Source: Thermoproteota archaeon
GTDB lineage: Archaea; Korarchaeota; Korarchaeia; Korarchaeales; Korarchaeaceae
Direction of reading: 5' to 3'
DNA: 64,000 nucleotides
Assembly (NCBI GenBank): GCA_026986575.1
Contig: JALSOH010000006.1
Location: 256,001 to 320,000 of the forward strand
In this document: in pieces, positions 28,705 through 38,828 of the stretch
Layout: every line of letters starts with the position of its first letter
Numbering within the stretch: the stretch's first letter is position 1
Position numbers and translations under genes: made by a program
The notes under the pieces: generated by a model
Database searches by the model: none
Seen by the model: only the letters and a program-made list of their open reading frames with translations
What the model was told of the DNA's origin: nothing

Positions 28705-29511
28705 TTACCTTCCCCTCAGTAGGGATATCAGGTAGAATCCCAGCATAACGATACCTATAACCCCCGAAGGTGCCAATCCGGTGGCCACGCTTATCAGCAG
28801 GCCCATCAGGCCGCCAGCCAGCGACAGGAGGAACCCGAGTATCACTGCCACTCTACCGCTCTTGGCCAGAGCGGACGCGGTTATGCCAGGGAGGAGGACC
28901 ATCACGTGCTCGACCACGAATCCAACGGCCTTCAACAGTCCAACGGTGGCTATGGCTAAAGAGGCGACCATCATAGCATCGTAGAGGGAGGCCCTGACAC
29001 CCGACAGCCTGACGAAGTCCCTGTCCACCCCTATGAGTATGTGCTCCCTCAGGAAGGGAACTGTCAGGACGAGAACTATAGCAGAGACGGCGATTGTGAA
29101 CCAGACGTCCTCCCAAGTCACAAGTAGGGGATCCCCGATTATGTAGGACCAGACGCTGGTCTCCATCGGGAAGGCCGTTAATATGTAGTATAGGGATATG
29201 GTGGTAAGGGAGACGCTTACCGAGACGAATATCGCTGTGGCAGAGTCGGGCCTGACTCCCCTAGATATGAGGAGAGAGACCGTGGACACTAAGATGAGGC
29301 TGAAGACTATCGAGCAGATCTCGAAGGGGCACCCCAAGAGGTTCATCGTTATTATAGCCAGTAGAGCCGAGAGGAGGGCGGAGTGGGGAAGAGCTCCAGC
29401 TAGGAAGAGGAGCCTCCTCGCCACCACCACGGGGCTGAGCACCCCGTAGACAATGGAGGCGAGGCCCACCACTATGATCCATCTGGGATCCAGTACGAGC
29501 TCAAATGGCAT
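28705..29511 (-). CDS. Zn/Mn/Ni ABC transporter permease (ZnuB-like)
   Basis: RRLLFLAGALPHSAL, YIIGDPL, LKAVG. Confidence 0.85.
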   Translation of the reverse strand: MPFELVLDPRWIIVVGLASIVYGVLSPVVVARRLLFLAGALPHSALLSALLAIITMNLLGCPFEICSIVFSLILVSTVSLLISRGVRPDSATAIFVSVSVSLTTISLYYILTAFPMETSVWSYIIGDPLLVTWEDVWFTIAVSAIVLVLTVPFLREHILIGVDRDFVRLSGVRASLYDAMMVASLAIATVGLLKAVGFVVEHVMVLLPGITASALAKSGRVAVILGFLLSLAGGLMGLLISVATGLAPSGVIGIVMLGFYLISLLRGR

Positions 29512-30271
29512 AGCCATCCACCACGTGGACGCACTTTTCAACTATGAAGACGCTCCTACCGTACACCTTGCTTAGCAGCTCCTCCTTTATGACCTGATCG
29601 GGAGGACCCAGCGCGACTATCCCCCTGTTCACGACCATTATCAGCTTGGCCCTGTCGAGGAACATGCTTGGATCGTGGCTGCTCACCATCACCAGCTTGG
29701 ATGAGGACATCTCCTTGATCATCCTGACCAAGTCCACCCTTCCCATAGGGTCCACCGCAGTAAGGGGCTCGTCCATTATCAGGATGGAGGGATCCCAAAC
29801 TAGGGCCCTAGCTATGAAGACCCTCTGTCTCTGGCCCCCGGACAGCTCTGAAAGTGGTTTGCCTGCTATATCATCCACACCCATCCTTCTAAGAGCTGAC
29901 TCTATCCTCTCCCTCTCGTCCTTGGGGAAGGAGAGCCTAGGAGGCCTCCTCCTCAGGGCTATGGCCGACTCGACTATCTCCCTGACGCTAACAGGAAAGC
30001 CGTAATCCTCCCCCTTCCACTGAGGAACGTATCCTATGAGCTTGCCAGCCCTCTCTGGCCTGCCGGTCACATCCTCTCCGTTGATTAGGACTTTCCCCTT
30101 GACGGTTATCAGTCCCAAAAGCGCCTTGAACAGTGTGGTCTTTCCAGCGCCATTGGGACCCATCACCACCACTAGACCGGGCCCCTCGAGTCGAAATTCC
30201 TCGTTAGAGAATATCTCCTCATCACCGTAGCTTACCCGGAGCCCCCTCACCTCTAGGGTCAGCGCGCTCAT
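29501..30271 (-). CDS. Metal ABC transporter ATPase (ZnuC-like)
   Basis: GPNGAGKTT, IGYVPQ, LSGGQRQRVFIARAL, DEP; likely start ATG 30271. Confidence 0.9.
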   Translation of the reverse strand: MSALTLEVRGLRVSYGDEEIFSNEEFRLEGPGLVVVMGPNGAGKTTLFKALLGLITVKGKVLINGEDVTGRPERAGKLIGYVPQWKGEDYGFPVSVREIVESAIALRRRPPRLSFPKDERERIESALRRMGVDDIAGKPLSELSGGQRQRVFIARALVWDPSILIMDEPLTAVDPMGRVDLVRMIKEMSSSKLVMVSSHDPSMFLDRAKLIMVVNRGIVALGPPDQVIKEELLSKVYGRSVFIVEKCVHVVDGYAI

Positions 30272-30272
30272 C

Positions 30273-30310
30273 GTGCACAAAGATGGCATATCAAATATAA
30301 AGGAGTGCAC
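30273..30310. promoter_or_regulatory. Candidate metalloregulator operator in the 52-bp divergent promoter
   Basis: GTGCAC (30273-30278) - N26 - GTGCAC (30305-30310), flanking an AATATAAA TATA-like element. Confidence 0.45.
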
Positions 30311-30323
30311 ACTCCTAAGGGCG

Positions 30324-31286
30324 ATGAGGGCGGGCGCTCTCTTACTGCTGCTGGCTCTAACTATGGCAGTGCAATCGACTGAGGGCTCACCTAAGGGCCT
30401 CAACTTAGTCGTGACCTTCTCCAATCTGAAGTACGATGTGGATCTCTTAGCATGCCCCTCCGACAGCGTGGCCTCCCTTGTACCACCCGGAGTCGATCCG
30501 CACGACTACGAGCTCAAACCGGAGGACGTAAACTTGCTAAGAGATGCGGACATCATAGTATCCACGGCTCATGCCCCCTTCGAGAGACTCATCAGGGATA
30601 AGGTTACCTCGGGTGAGATAAGAGCGGAGTTGGTGGAAATCCCCAAGCTGGGGCTCAAGATCCTAACGAATCCAGCAACTAAGCAGCCCAACTACCACAT
30701 GCCCATCTACGATCCCGACAACTACCTCAAGTTCATGGAGCGTCTGAGCGGGATAATGGCTAGGAAGAACCCCGAGTGCGCCTCCCAGTATATGGAGAGA
30801 TATGATCGGGTAAGGGAGAAGATCCTGAAGATAAAAATGGAAGCGCCCCGCTTGAACCTGTCGGCCGTCGCCGCGAGTCCCGTCGCTCAGTACGCGATTG
30901 AATGGACCGGGGTGAAGGTGAGGTACCTGCTCATAAAGGAGAGGGGGGTTCCAGCGACGCCTCCCGAGCTGGCGGAGATCAGGAGGAGGGCTCTCACCGG
31001 AGAGATAGGGGTCATGGTATTGGCAGGTAATGCGAGGACCCCGCTTAACAAGAAGGCTGTGGAAATGGCTGAGGAGATGGGCATACCTTGGATAAACGTC
31101 CCATCACCGCTCGAACCAAGGAGCATCCCTGAAAAGCTTGAGGACGTAGTAAGGTCCCTCTCTAACATTGGAGAAGTTAGATCGGCGGGGATGATATACG
31201 GGTATATCCCGCTGATCATCACAGTGGTTGTGATGATCGCCTCACTATCCGCGGCGTTCTACCTGCTTAGGAGGCAACCTAATTAG
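30324..31286 (+). CDS. Metal ABC transporter substrate-binding protein (ZnuA/TroA family)
   Basis: PPGVDPHDYELKPED, NYH; C-terminal TM anchor. Confidence 0.88.
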   Translation: MRAGALLLLLALTMAVQSTEGSPKGLNLVVTFSNLKYDVDLLACPSDSVASLVPPGVDPHDYELKPEDVNLLRDADIIVSTAHAPFERLIRDKVTSGEIRAELVEIPKLGLKILTNPATKQPNYHMPIYDPDNYLKFMERLSGIMARKNPECASQYMERYDRVREKILKIKMEAPRLNLSAVAASPVAQYAIEWTGVKVRYLLIKERGVPATPPELAEIRRRALTGEIGVMVLAGNARTPLNKKAVEMAEEMGIPWINVPSPLEPRSIPEKLEDVVRSLSNIGEVRSAGMIYGYIPLIITVVVMIASLSAAFYLLRRQPN

Positions 31287-31308
31287 GTATGCCACTTCCC
31301 TTGAAGGG

Positions 31309-31557
31309 ATGAGTGAATGGGCTAGGAAGGCTCATCACTATCTCAATGTGACTGGGAGGTTCAGGGGCTTCAGGAAGCTGAGCGACGGACAGAGATATGA
31401 GGTCGTTAAGGAGGGCCTGCAGGAGTTCCTAAAGCAGAACCCCCTCACTAGAGAGGAGGCTGAGGAGGCCCTTGAGTGGTTTCTCTCTAGGAGGAGAGTT
31501 CACGAGGCCCGGGCCCTAGCGAAGCTGATGAAGCTCAAGCTCGGGAAGAGGAGGTGA
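31309..31557 (+). CDS. Small basic hypothetical protein
   Basis: 82-aa ORF with host-like codon usage, filling the gap between genes. Confidence 0.6.
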   Translation: MSEWARKAHHYLNVTGRFRGFRKLSDGQRYEVVKEGLQEFLKQNPLTREEAEEALEWFLSRRRVHEARALAKLMKLKLGKRR

Positions 31558-32136
31558 TCACATTCAACGCTATCTGGATAGCCCTCCCGATAGTGGGTAG
31601 GGGCAGGCTGGGGACCGGCTTATCCATCCTCGAGGCCATTTCTGAGGAGTAGGGGACGTGAATGAAGCCTGCTGGCGACCTGATGCCCATAACATCCAAT
31701 GTCCTCAGCGTCTTATACATGACGTAATTGCACAGGTAAGTCCCAGCCGAGTAGGACAGGAAGGCGGGTATCCCCCTTCCCTCAAGGCCTCCATTATCTC
31801 CCTAGTCGGGAGCGTGGAGAAGTAGCATGGCGGCCCATCTGGATCTATAGGCAAATCTACTGGCTGTTCCCCATCGTTATCTGGGATCCTTGCATCTATG
31901 AGATTTATTGCGACCCTTTCAATCCTGATAACGGGCCTCTCAGGCGCGAGACCGAGGTTAAGCACAGCATCAGGCCTTATCTCTCTTATGAGCTCCTCCA
32001 GCCTCTCGCCCGCCCTCCTGAACGAGACCGGCAGAACCTCACCTACTAATTCATCGCTCACAAGCTGTTCGACAAGTTCACTGGTGGGGTTGTAGGGCAC
32101 ATCACCCCAGCTCTCAAATCCGGTCAGTAGGATCAT
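31535..32136 (-). pseudogene. pcp: Pyroglutamyl peptidase I, split by a -1 frameshift (possibly an assembly error)
   Basis: LLTGFE, IERVAIN..RIPDNDG, STLP; the catalytic SAGTYLCN and GFIHVP lie in another frame, joined at the C5 run 31772-31776. Confidence 0.88.
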
Positions 32137-32150
32137 GAGATCACCCTAGT

Positions 32151-32208
32151 GGGCTCGGGTCGGCACTGCATCTTCATGGCTCCGCGCCCCTTCGCCACCT
32201 CATCGCCC
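32151..32208 (-). ncRNA. Candidate C/D box small RNA or K-turn element
   Basis: GGGC-GATGA-N15-CGGA-GCC-ATGAAGA-N12-CCGA-GCCC: C, D', C', D-like boxes with terminal GGGC/GCCC complementarity; 58 nt. Confidence 0.5.
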
Positions 32209-32404
32209 TCACTGCTGGGGAAGCGTAGGAAGAAAAAGGTCCCGTCAAGGGTCGGTCAACACTCTCCGTTCGTTTGGCTTGCCTACATTTCTCTACAACA
32301 TGGGGGTTAAAACTAAAAAAGTGATTGGACCAAGGGCCTATGAAATGTATTAATTAACAATGAAGCACGCAAGACTAATAAAATTCCGGGTTTTCTTTCC
32401 TCCT

Positions 32405-33559
32405 ATGCAGAGGCGCGAGTTCCTCAAGATAGCGATAGCGGGCGTCGCCGGATTCGTAGCGGGCTCTCTGGTAGGATTGCCGATCAGGAGGGAGAAGATA
32501 ATTGGAGTCAGCGAGAAGGAGGTGACCTCTAAGATATCGGGAGTGTCTGCAAGGGTGGAGGCTCTGAAGGTATACAACTGGTCTTACTACATACAGGAGC
32601 TCCTCTTGGACATATTCGCTAAGGAAGTGGGCATGGACAGGGACAAGCTGGTTTACGACGTGTTCGAGGATCCAGTGGAACCTTTCTCTAAGCTTCAAGC
32701 TGGAGGAAGCGGATACGATCTTGTGGTCCTCCCGGACGCGGAGGCCGCCCTTGCGATAAGCAAGGGTTACGTCAGGAAGCTCGACAAGTCTCTGATACCA
32801 AATCTGAAGTTCGTGGATCCGGACTTCCTGAACCCACCCTTTGATCCCGATAACGAGTACAGCGTGGTCTACATGTGGGGTATAACCGCCTACTCTTGGA
32901 GGACCGACTTCGTGCCGGAGGGAGTGACGACCCTCAAGCAGATATTTGATCCAGAGTTTGGGTTCTTGGAGAAGCACAAGAAGAGGGTTATGATGCTGGA
33001 AGAGGCTACGGAGGTGGTCCTCTCAGCCAAGGCCTACTTGGGCAAGGATCCCTACGACTGGAGGGACAAGACCATGGAGGAGGTCAAGGAGGTACTGCTG
33101 AGGCAGAAGCCCTACCTAGCTGGCTACGGAGGGACCAGCGAATACTATGAGGGATTCGCAAACGGAAGTATAGATGTGGCACACGCCTATAACGGGGATA
33201 TAGCCCTGCTGAGGACTGAGGAGCATCCAGAACTGGCCGACAAGGTCAAGTTCGGCATACCTGAGGAAGGCGGGACCAGGTGGACGGACAACATGCTCAT
33301 ACCCAAGGACGCTCCTCACCCGGATGCGGCCCACCTCTTCATAAACTTCCTCTTGGACCCAGCCGTAGCAGCGGTTAACTCGCTCTATGTGAAGTACATG
33401 AGTCCCGTGAAGGATGCTAAGCCCCTGATAGAGAAGGTGCTCAGCGATCCCGAGATATACCCAATAGACATCAAGGATAGGACATGGTACGTTCCGCTCC
33501 TGACGGAGGAGGATCACACTAAGCTCATGGAGGTATGGGAGGAGGTTCAGAAGGCCTGA
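32405..33559 (+). CDS. potD: Spermidine/putrescine ABC substrate-binding protein, Tat-exported
   Basis: MQRREFLK twin-arginine signal; VYNWSYYI, PEEGGTRWTDNMLIPKDA, AHLFINFLLDP. Confidence 0.85.
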   Translation: MQRREFLKIAIAGVAGFVAGSLVGLPIRREKIIGVSEKEVTSKISGVSARVEALKVYNWSYYIQELLLDIFAKEVGMDRDKLVYDVFEDPVEPFSKLQAGGSGYDLVVLPDAEAALAISKGYVRKLDKSLIPNLKFVDPDFLNPPFDPDNEYSVVYMWGITAYSWRTDFVPEGVTTLKQIFDPEFGFLEKHKKRVMMLEEATEVVLSAKAYLGKDPYDWRDKTMEEVKEVLLRQKPYLAGYGGTSEYYEGFANGSIDVAHAYNGDIALLRTEEHPELADKVKFGIPEEGGTRWTDNMLIPKDAPHPDAAHLFINFLLDPAVAAVNSLYVKYMSPVKDAKPLIEKVLSDPEIYPIDIKDRTWYVPLLTEEDHTKLMEVWEEVQKA

Positions 33560-33842
33560 AAAATTGAAATGTGTATGGGGGGCTTAACTACCACGTGACC
33601 TTGAGTCGCGCGAGGTATCTTAATGACTATGACGGTGTCCCCTCTCATCTCCCATCCCCCAAACTCCTCAAGGGCCCCAAGAGTCGCTGAACTGTCAGGC
33701 GCCTAGACCGACAGCAGGCACCATTATGTTGAAGTGCCGGGGTACCTAGACTCTTGTGGCTTCCAGAAGCGCCCTCAGATGGACTCATGCCTAAAAAACA
33801 AAACGCTTATTACTCTCCACCCTGAGGGGGAGCTGAGGGCAA

Positions 33843-34268
33843 ATGGACGAAGTGGAGCAAATAGGGCTTAACTGGGATCGCTTCTCCCAGAGGATAAAGG
33901 AGGATCCCTATGAGTTCCTCGAGCTGGGTCCTGAGGAGCTCAGGAGGGTGATAATGGAGAACCTCACTCCCCTAGCCAAGTTCTTGGGGGTGAATGCGAT
34001 AATATACGAGTGCGGTAGGTGGTACGCTAGAATAGAGAGGATAGAGCTGGAGGATGAGGAGCCAGAGCTAAGCGAGGTCATGGATAAGGAATGCTATGTC
34101 TCCTTGGAAGACGAGAACGGATGTGATGTGGTGGTCTTGGCCATCAGGGAAGACGAGACCGGGGACGTGGAGGCGTTCGCTAGATCAGCTGGGGAGATAC
34201 TTGAGATAATATTCAACGGGAAGGCCTGTGAGAACCAGGACGTCCCGTGGGATGACTTCCAGTGGTGA
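33843..34268 (+). CDS. Acidic hypothetical protein
   Basis: 141-aa ORF, host codon usage, SD-like GAGG. Confidence 0.65.
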   Translation: MDEVEQIGLNWDRFSQRIKEDPYEFLELGPEELRRVIMENLTPLAKFLGVNAIIYECGRWYARIERIELEDEEPELSEVMDKECYVSLEDENGCDVVVLAIREDETGDVEAFARSAGEILEIIFNGKACENQDVPWDDFQW

Positions 34269-34301
34269 TAAGCGTATATTTTTCACCTTCTCCTCTACTC
34301 T

Positions 34302-35165
34302 ATGTCAGGATCATCTGAAGGAACTGTTGATAGACTTGAAGTTTACGTGCTGGCAGAAGAGCATGCTTCAGGCATGTTCTGGGCTCAACATGGCATATCT
34401 TTCCTGTTAAAGGTTCATTCCGGTGGGCAGGTTCACGAGATCCTTTTCGATACTGGAAACAGCTGGGAGCCTATCGAGCACAACCTCAGGTTACTGGGCG
34501 AGGATCTATCAAGGGTTAAGACGGTGGTGCTTTCACACAGGCACTATGACCACACGGGAGGTCTGAAGGGACTCCTGACCGATCTGAAAAGGGAGATCAC
34601 GATAATTTCGCATCCGGATCTCTTCAGACCGAACTTCGTCCTTCCCCTGAGGGAGATAGGTATACCCTTCACTAGAGAGGAGCTCAAGGGCTTAGGCGCG
34701 AGGTTCCTCTTGACTCGTGACCCTATAGAGGTGATATCCGGAGTTATGACGACTGGAGAAGTCCCCAGAATCTCTGAGGTAGAGAGGGAGATGACCATAG
34801 AGACCTACACGGTGGATGAGAATGGAAGATTGGTTAGGGATCCCATAATGGATGACGTGTCCCTCATTGTAAGGTTGAGAGGAGGATCCGTAGTGCTAAC
34901 CGGATGTTCCCACGCGGGAGTGGTGAACATAGTGAGGAGAGCATCCGAGATAGCCAATCCAGTGCGGACGGTGATAGGAGGCTTCCATCTCGTCAGTGCT
35001 TCGGAAGAGAGGATTGAGGCGACTGTTAAGGCCCTTCAAGAATTGGGCGTGGAGCAGGTAATTACCGGTCACTGCACAGGACTGGCAGCTGAGTGCGCGT
35101 TCAGGAGGGAATATGGAAGGGGTTTCGCACAACTGGCCGTGGGAAAGGTGCTCAAATTTCCATGA
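34302..35165 (+). CDS. Metallo-beta-lactamase fold hydrolase (COG1237-like)
   Basis: HGISF, LFDTG, SHRHYDHTGG, TGCSHAG, GGFHL, GHCTG. Confidence 0.88.
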   Translation: MSGSSEGTVDRLEVYVLAEEHASGMFWAQHGISFLLKVHSGGQVHEILFDTGNSWEPIEHNLRLLGEDLSRVKTVVLSHRHYDHTGGLKGLLTDLKREITIISHPDLFRPNFVLPLREIGIPFTREELKGLGARFLLTRDPIEVISGVMTTGEVPRISEVEREMTIETYTVDENGRLVRDPIMDDVSLIVRLRGGSVVLTGCSHAGVVNIVRRASEIANPVRTVIGGFHLVSASEERIEATVKALQELGVEQVITGHCTGLAAECAFRREYGRGFAQLAVGKVLKFP

Positions 35166-35171
35166 ATGGAA

Positions 35172-35861
35172 TCAGAGAACATCGGATAAGTAGAACTCGA
35201 TCATATTTCCCTTCCTCCTCTCCCAGACGAGGCCGCTCCTCTCTAGGACATTGAGGTGCCACCTCAGGCTTCCTAAACTCATTCCTAGATCCCTAGACAT
35301 CTGCCTCAGGTAAGCACCGGGGTTAACCCTCAGGTACTCTATTATGGCCCTTCTCGCACTGCTCGATGCGACTCCACGATGCGGCGATATGATTACCTTG
35401 AGCTGGCACTCCTTCAATTCGCAGCACCCGGACTCCTCAACGAGCACCAGCTGACCCGTGAGGGTGGAGAAGAACCCCGCTACGAATCCCCTGAGGAAGT
35501 TGCACCCGCCCATCCCCCCTTGTTTCCTGACCTCCTCGGCCCCCTTAACCCTGAGGAGCGCACCTTCTGGCCCGATATCCAGTACATCAATCCTCTCAGC
35601 CATGTTCAGATAAGAATTCACCTCCTCAAGGGAGATCCACGGGCTGATCGATGGATCGGCCTTTTTTACCGCTTCTCCAACTCTCTCACCGAGTCTCAGT
35701 CCGAACATATAGACTAGGAGACCCCCTTCTGGGGTGGAGGTCTCCACCAGACTCATCAGCGAGGAACAGGCGCTCCTCAACAGATGACTGGAGGACGGGC
35801 CCAAGACCTCCTCAAGCACTTTTCCGATATGATTTCCTCTCCTCGACCTATCTAGACTCAT
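35172..35861 (-). CDS. V4R-domain / wHTH transcription regulator
   Basis: GCNFLRGFVAGFF..EESGCC..ECQ (V4R); C-terminal RRAIIEYLRVNPG..SLRWHLNVLE HTH. Confidence 0.75.
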   Translation of the reverse strand: MSLDRSRRGNHIGKVLEEVLGPSSSHLLRSACSSLMSLVETSTPEGGLLVYMFGLRLGERVGEAVKKADPSISPWISLEEVNSYLNMAERIDVLDIGPEGALLRVKGAEEVRKQGGMGGCNFLRGFVAGFFSTLTGQLVLVEESGCCELKECQLKVIISPHRGVASSSARRAIIEYLRVNPGAYLRQMSRDLGMSLGSLRWHLNVLERSGLVWERRKGNMIEFYLSDVL

Positions 35862-35981
35862 TCGATCCTTACTATTACTTAATTACTTAAATGGGTTACT
35901 GACGAGGGAGTTCTAGGATTCCTAGACGCTTGTGCTATATCTGTTATTCAAATCATATGATCAGCTCTCTAGGTGATATAC

Positions 35982-36443
35982 TTGGTCAAGAGACTTATGA
36001 TCGTGGTCAGTAAGGGGACCTTAGACATGGCCTATCCTCCCCTTATATTGGCTCAGATCGGGGCGGCCATGGGCTTGGAGGTTGGTCTCTTCTTCACATT
36101 CTGGGGCTTTGACATAATAAGGAAAGACAGGGTTGATAATCTCAAGGTGACCCCGGTAGGAAATCCATCGATGGGAATGCCGAACATACTAGCCATACTC
36201 CCAGGAATGACTGCGATGGCAACTAACATGGTGAAGAAAAAGATAAAGGAGCTCAACATGCTCACCATAAGGGATATGATAAAGGAATGCAAGGACTTAG
36301 GAGTGAAGTTCTACGCCTGCTCAACTACAATGGAGATGTTCGGCCTGAAGAGGGAAGACCTGATAGATGAGGTGGATGATGTAGTCGGTGCGACGACTTT
36401 CATGAACATGGCCATGGAGGATGCTGTCGTGATGTTCGTGTAA
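35982..36443 (+). CDS. DsrE/DsrF/DrsH-like sulfur-relay protein (DsrE2 type)
   Basis: SKGTLDMAYPPLILA, FFTFWG, YACSTTM, VVGATTF. Confidence 0.88.
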   Translation: MVKRLMIVVSKGTLDMAYPPLILAQIGAAMGLEVGLFFTFWGFDIIRKDRVDNLKVTPVGNPSMGMPNILAILPGMTAMATNMVKKKIKELNMLTIRDMIKECKDLGVKFYACSTTMEMFGLKREDLIDEVDDVVGATTFMNMAMEDAVVMFV

Positions 36444-36485
36444 CTACCTTAAATACTCTTTTTTAAGGTGAATGGACCTCCGGCC

Positions 36486-37796
36486 TCATTCCATCCCATA
36501 CTTACTCATAGTCTGCTGCCTAGTGAGGAATCTTCTCTTGGTCAGCCTCCTGTACGCTAGCTCAATGGATGCAAAGGCTAGGACATTAATCCAGATCGTG
36601 TAGAAAACTCGCTGGTCTGTTTGCCACTGATAATACATTAGGAGGGAAAATATAGCTAGGACCACGACTAGGCTGAAGGCTACGAGGGATCTACTCGCTT
36701 TTGTCTCATCGATCAGCCTCAGGTGAGAAAGTATAGCGAACACATATACTAGGAGGAAGGTCGCACTGCAGATAGCTGCAATCCCCTCTATGTTGAAGAG
36801 CAACGCGAAGATAATCCCCAATCCGGCCGTTATGTAGAGACCCTCGGGAGCGGAGAACCAAGACTTCCTCTCAAACACGGGGGGTAACTCACCTTTCACG
36901 GCCAACGCGTAGGCTATGTTCGCGCCCCCGTACAGAGTAGCATTTATGGCCGATGAGGTAGAAAAGAGGGCGCCCACCGATATAAATGTGAAACCTAGGT
37001 TACCCAAGAACGGTCTGGCGGCCTCAGCAAGCGCGTACTCCTTAGCCTTGACCAACTCTTCCACCGGCAAGTTCCCTACAGCAACCACCGCTATGGACAC
37101 GTAAACCAAGGTTACTATCAGGAGGCTCAAGTATATAGCTCGGGAGACGTTCTTCTCAGGATCCTCTATGTCCTCGGACGCGTTAGTTATCAATCCAAAA
37201 CCAGTGTAGCTCAGGAAGAATATAGTGGCGGCGTACACGGCTCCCATGACATGCTCGGGATCGAGCTGTGGTGCTACATAATCCGGATTAATGGTCCACA
37301 ATCCTCCTAAGACAAATACCCCAAGAACGATGAGTTTGCCTAAGACAATGAGGGACTCGGCCCTCCCTACCGCCTTGGATCCGAAGAAATTTAGGACCAT
37401 GAAGACCGATATAACGACAACTTCAACTAATCCGAAGAGGAATTGATGCTGGACCTTGATCAGGGCGAGAAAATAACCTGCAAAAGCATTTGCGAACAGG
37501 GATAGTGAGACGACGTAACTCATCCACATGAGGAAGGCAAGAGTCCCAGTAATCTCATTATCTCCCATGCCCCGAAGGATGAACTCTATCGGGCCAGCAT
37601 TCGATATGAATTTCGAGCCCAGCTTGGCGTAGTTGTATGCCACCAAGTAGGCCGCCAGCGAGGATAGGATGAATGCTAGGGGAAGGTTTTTACCCGCTAT
37701 CTCAGCGCCAACTCCTAGGATAGAGAATATGCTGGCCCCTATTATTATACCAACCGCTATGGAAGTTGCTTCCCAGACCGATAATTTCCTCCCCAA
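36486..37796 (-). CDS. APC-family amino acid permease
   Basis: GIIIGASIF, SYTGF, EDIEDPEKN, SSAINATL; about 12 TM segments. Confidence 0.9.
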   Translation of the reverse strand: MGRKLSVWEATSIAVGIIIGASIFSILGVGAEIAGKNLPLAFILSSLAAYLVAYNYAKLGSKFISNAGPIEFILRGMGDNEITGTLAFLMWMSYVVSLSLFANAFAGYFLALIKVQHQFLFGLVEVVVISVFMVLNFFGSKAVGRAESLIVLGKLIVLGVFVLGGLWTINPDYVAPQLDPEHVMGAVYAATIFFLSYTGFGLITNASEDIEDPEKNVSRAIYLSLLIVTLVYVSIAVVAVGNLPVEELVKAKEYALAEAARPFLGNLGFTFISVGALFSTSSAINATLYGGANIAYALAVKGELPPVFERKSWFSAPEGLYITAGLGIIFALLFNIEGIAAICSATFLLVYVFAILSHLRLIDETKASRSLVAFSLVVVLAIFSLLMYYQWQTDQRVFYTIWINVLAFASIELAYRRLTKRRFLTRQQTMSKYGME

Positions 37797-37876
37797 AATC
37801 TCACCCTCATGGAGTTTGCAGTTACAGGAGATCGCTATCCCTTAAATCTTCGACCCCGTATATCAAAGGGATCACC

Positions 37877-38746
37877 ATGAATGGTCTCAAGCCGGAAACC
37901 TTAGAGGTTCTGCTCGAATTTCAGAGGAACGAGATAACAGAATACAACGTTTACCTGAGTTTGGCCCAAAGGGCGGATGAAGAGAACAGGAAGGTTCTGG
38001 AGAGGATAGCTAGGGACGAGCTCAGGCACTACTCAATCTTGAGGAAGTACACAGGCAGGGATGCGGAGCCTAACGCTAAGAAAGTCCTCCTTTACTCGTT
38101 GGTGGCCAAGATATTTGGCGTCACCTTCGCGATAAAGCTTATGGAGAGGGGAGAAGAATTGGCTCAGGAAGGATACGAAAAGATAATAGATGAAATTCCA
38201 GAGGCAGCAACTCTTCTCCAAGAGGAGGAAGATCATGAAAACCAGCTGATACAGCTCCTGAAGGAAGAAAGGGTAGAATACGTGGGATCCATGGTTCTAG
38301 GCCTCAACGATGCACTGGTTGAGCTTACCGGGGCCCTTGCTGGCCTCACTTTCGCATTGCAGAACGCAAAACTCATAGGCATCGCGGGTCTTGTCATGGG
38401 AGTGGCAGCCAGCCTATCCATGGCGGCCTCCGAGTACCTATCTAGGAGGTCGGAGAGGGCCGGAAATCCGATCAAGGGAGCCCTCTACACAGGAGCCGCT
38501 TACATAATCACCGTTGCTCTGATGGTGTCTCCCTTTCTTGCTCTTCCCGATCCCTACGTAGCATTGACTTCGATGCTCAGCATAGCGATAGTGATAATCG
38601 GGATATTCTCGTTCTTCGTATCTGTCGTGAAGGACCAATCTTTCAAGAGGATGTTCTTGGAAATGCTGGCCATAAGCTTGGGTGTAGCCCTAATCTCGTT
38701 CGCTGTTGGGTGGATGGCTAGGGCCGCGTTCGGAGTTGAGATATGA
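37877..38746 (+). CDS. Rubrerythrin-like / VIT1-CCC1 fusion (membrane ferritin-like iron transporter)
   Basis: ExxH motifs (DELRH, EEEDH), then VLGLNDALVEL, SMAASEYLS. Confidence 0.88.
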   Translation: MNGLKPETLEVLLEFQRNEITEYNVYLSLAQRADEENRKVLERIARDELRHYSILRKYTGRDAEPNAKKVLLYSLVAKIFGVTFAIKLMERGEELAQEGYEKIIDEIPEAATLLQEEEDHENQLIQLLKEERVEYVGSMVLGLNDALVELTGALAGLTFALQNAKLIGIAGLVMGVAASLSMAASEYLSRRSERAGNPIKGALYTGAAYIITVALMVSPFLALPDPYVALTSMLSIAIVIIGIFSFFVSVVKDQSFKRMFLEMLAISLGVALISFAVGWMARAAFGVEI

Positions 38747-38828
38747 TGTGATATAAAATTTAACCACTTTTTGGCGCTAACGGTAGAGAAATAAAAATAA
38801 TATAACGGAAAAAGACAGATAGTAGAAA

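Noticed and set aside
33560-33842. Possible ncRNA or small gene after potD
   Set aside because: Only short frames, with no convincing boxes, cloverleaf or stable stem
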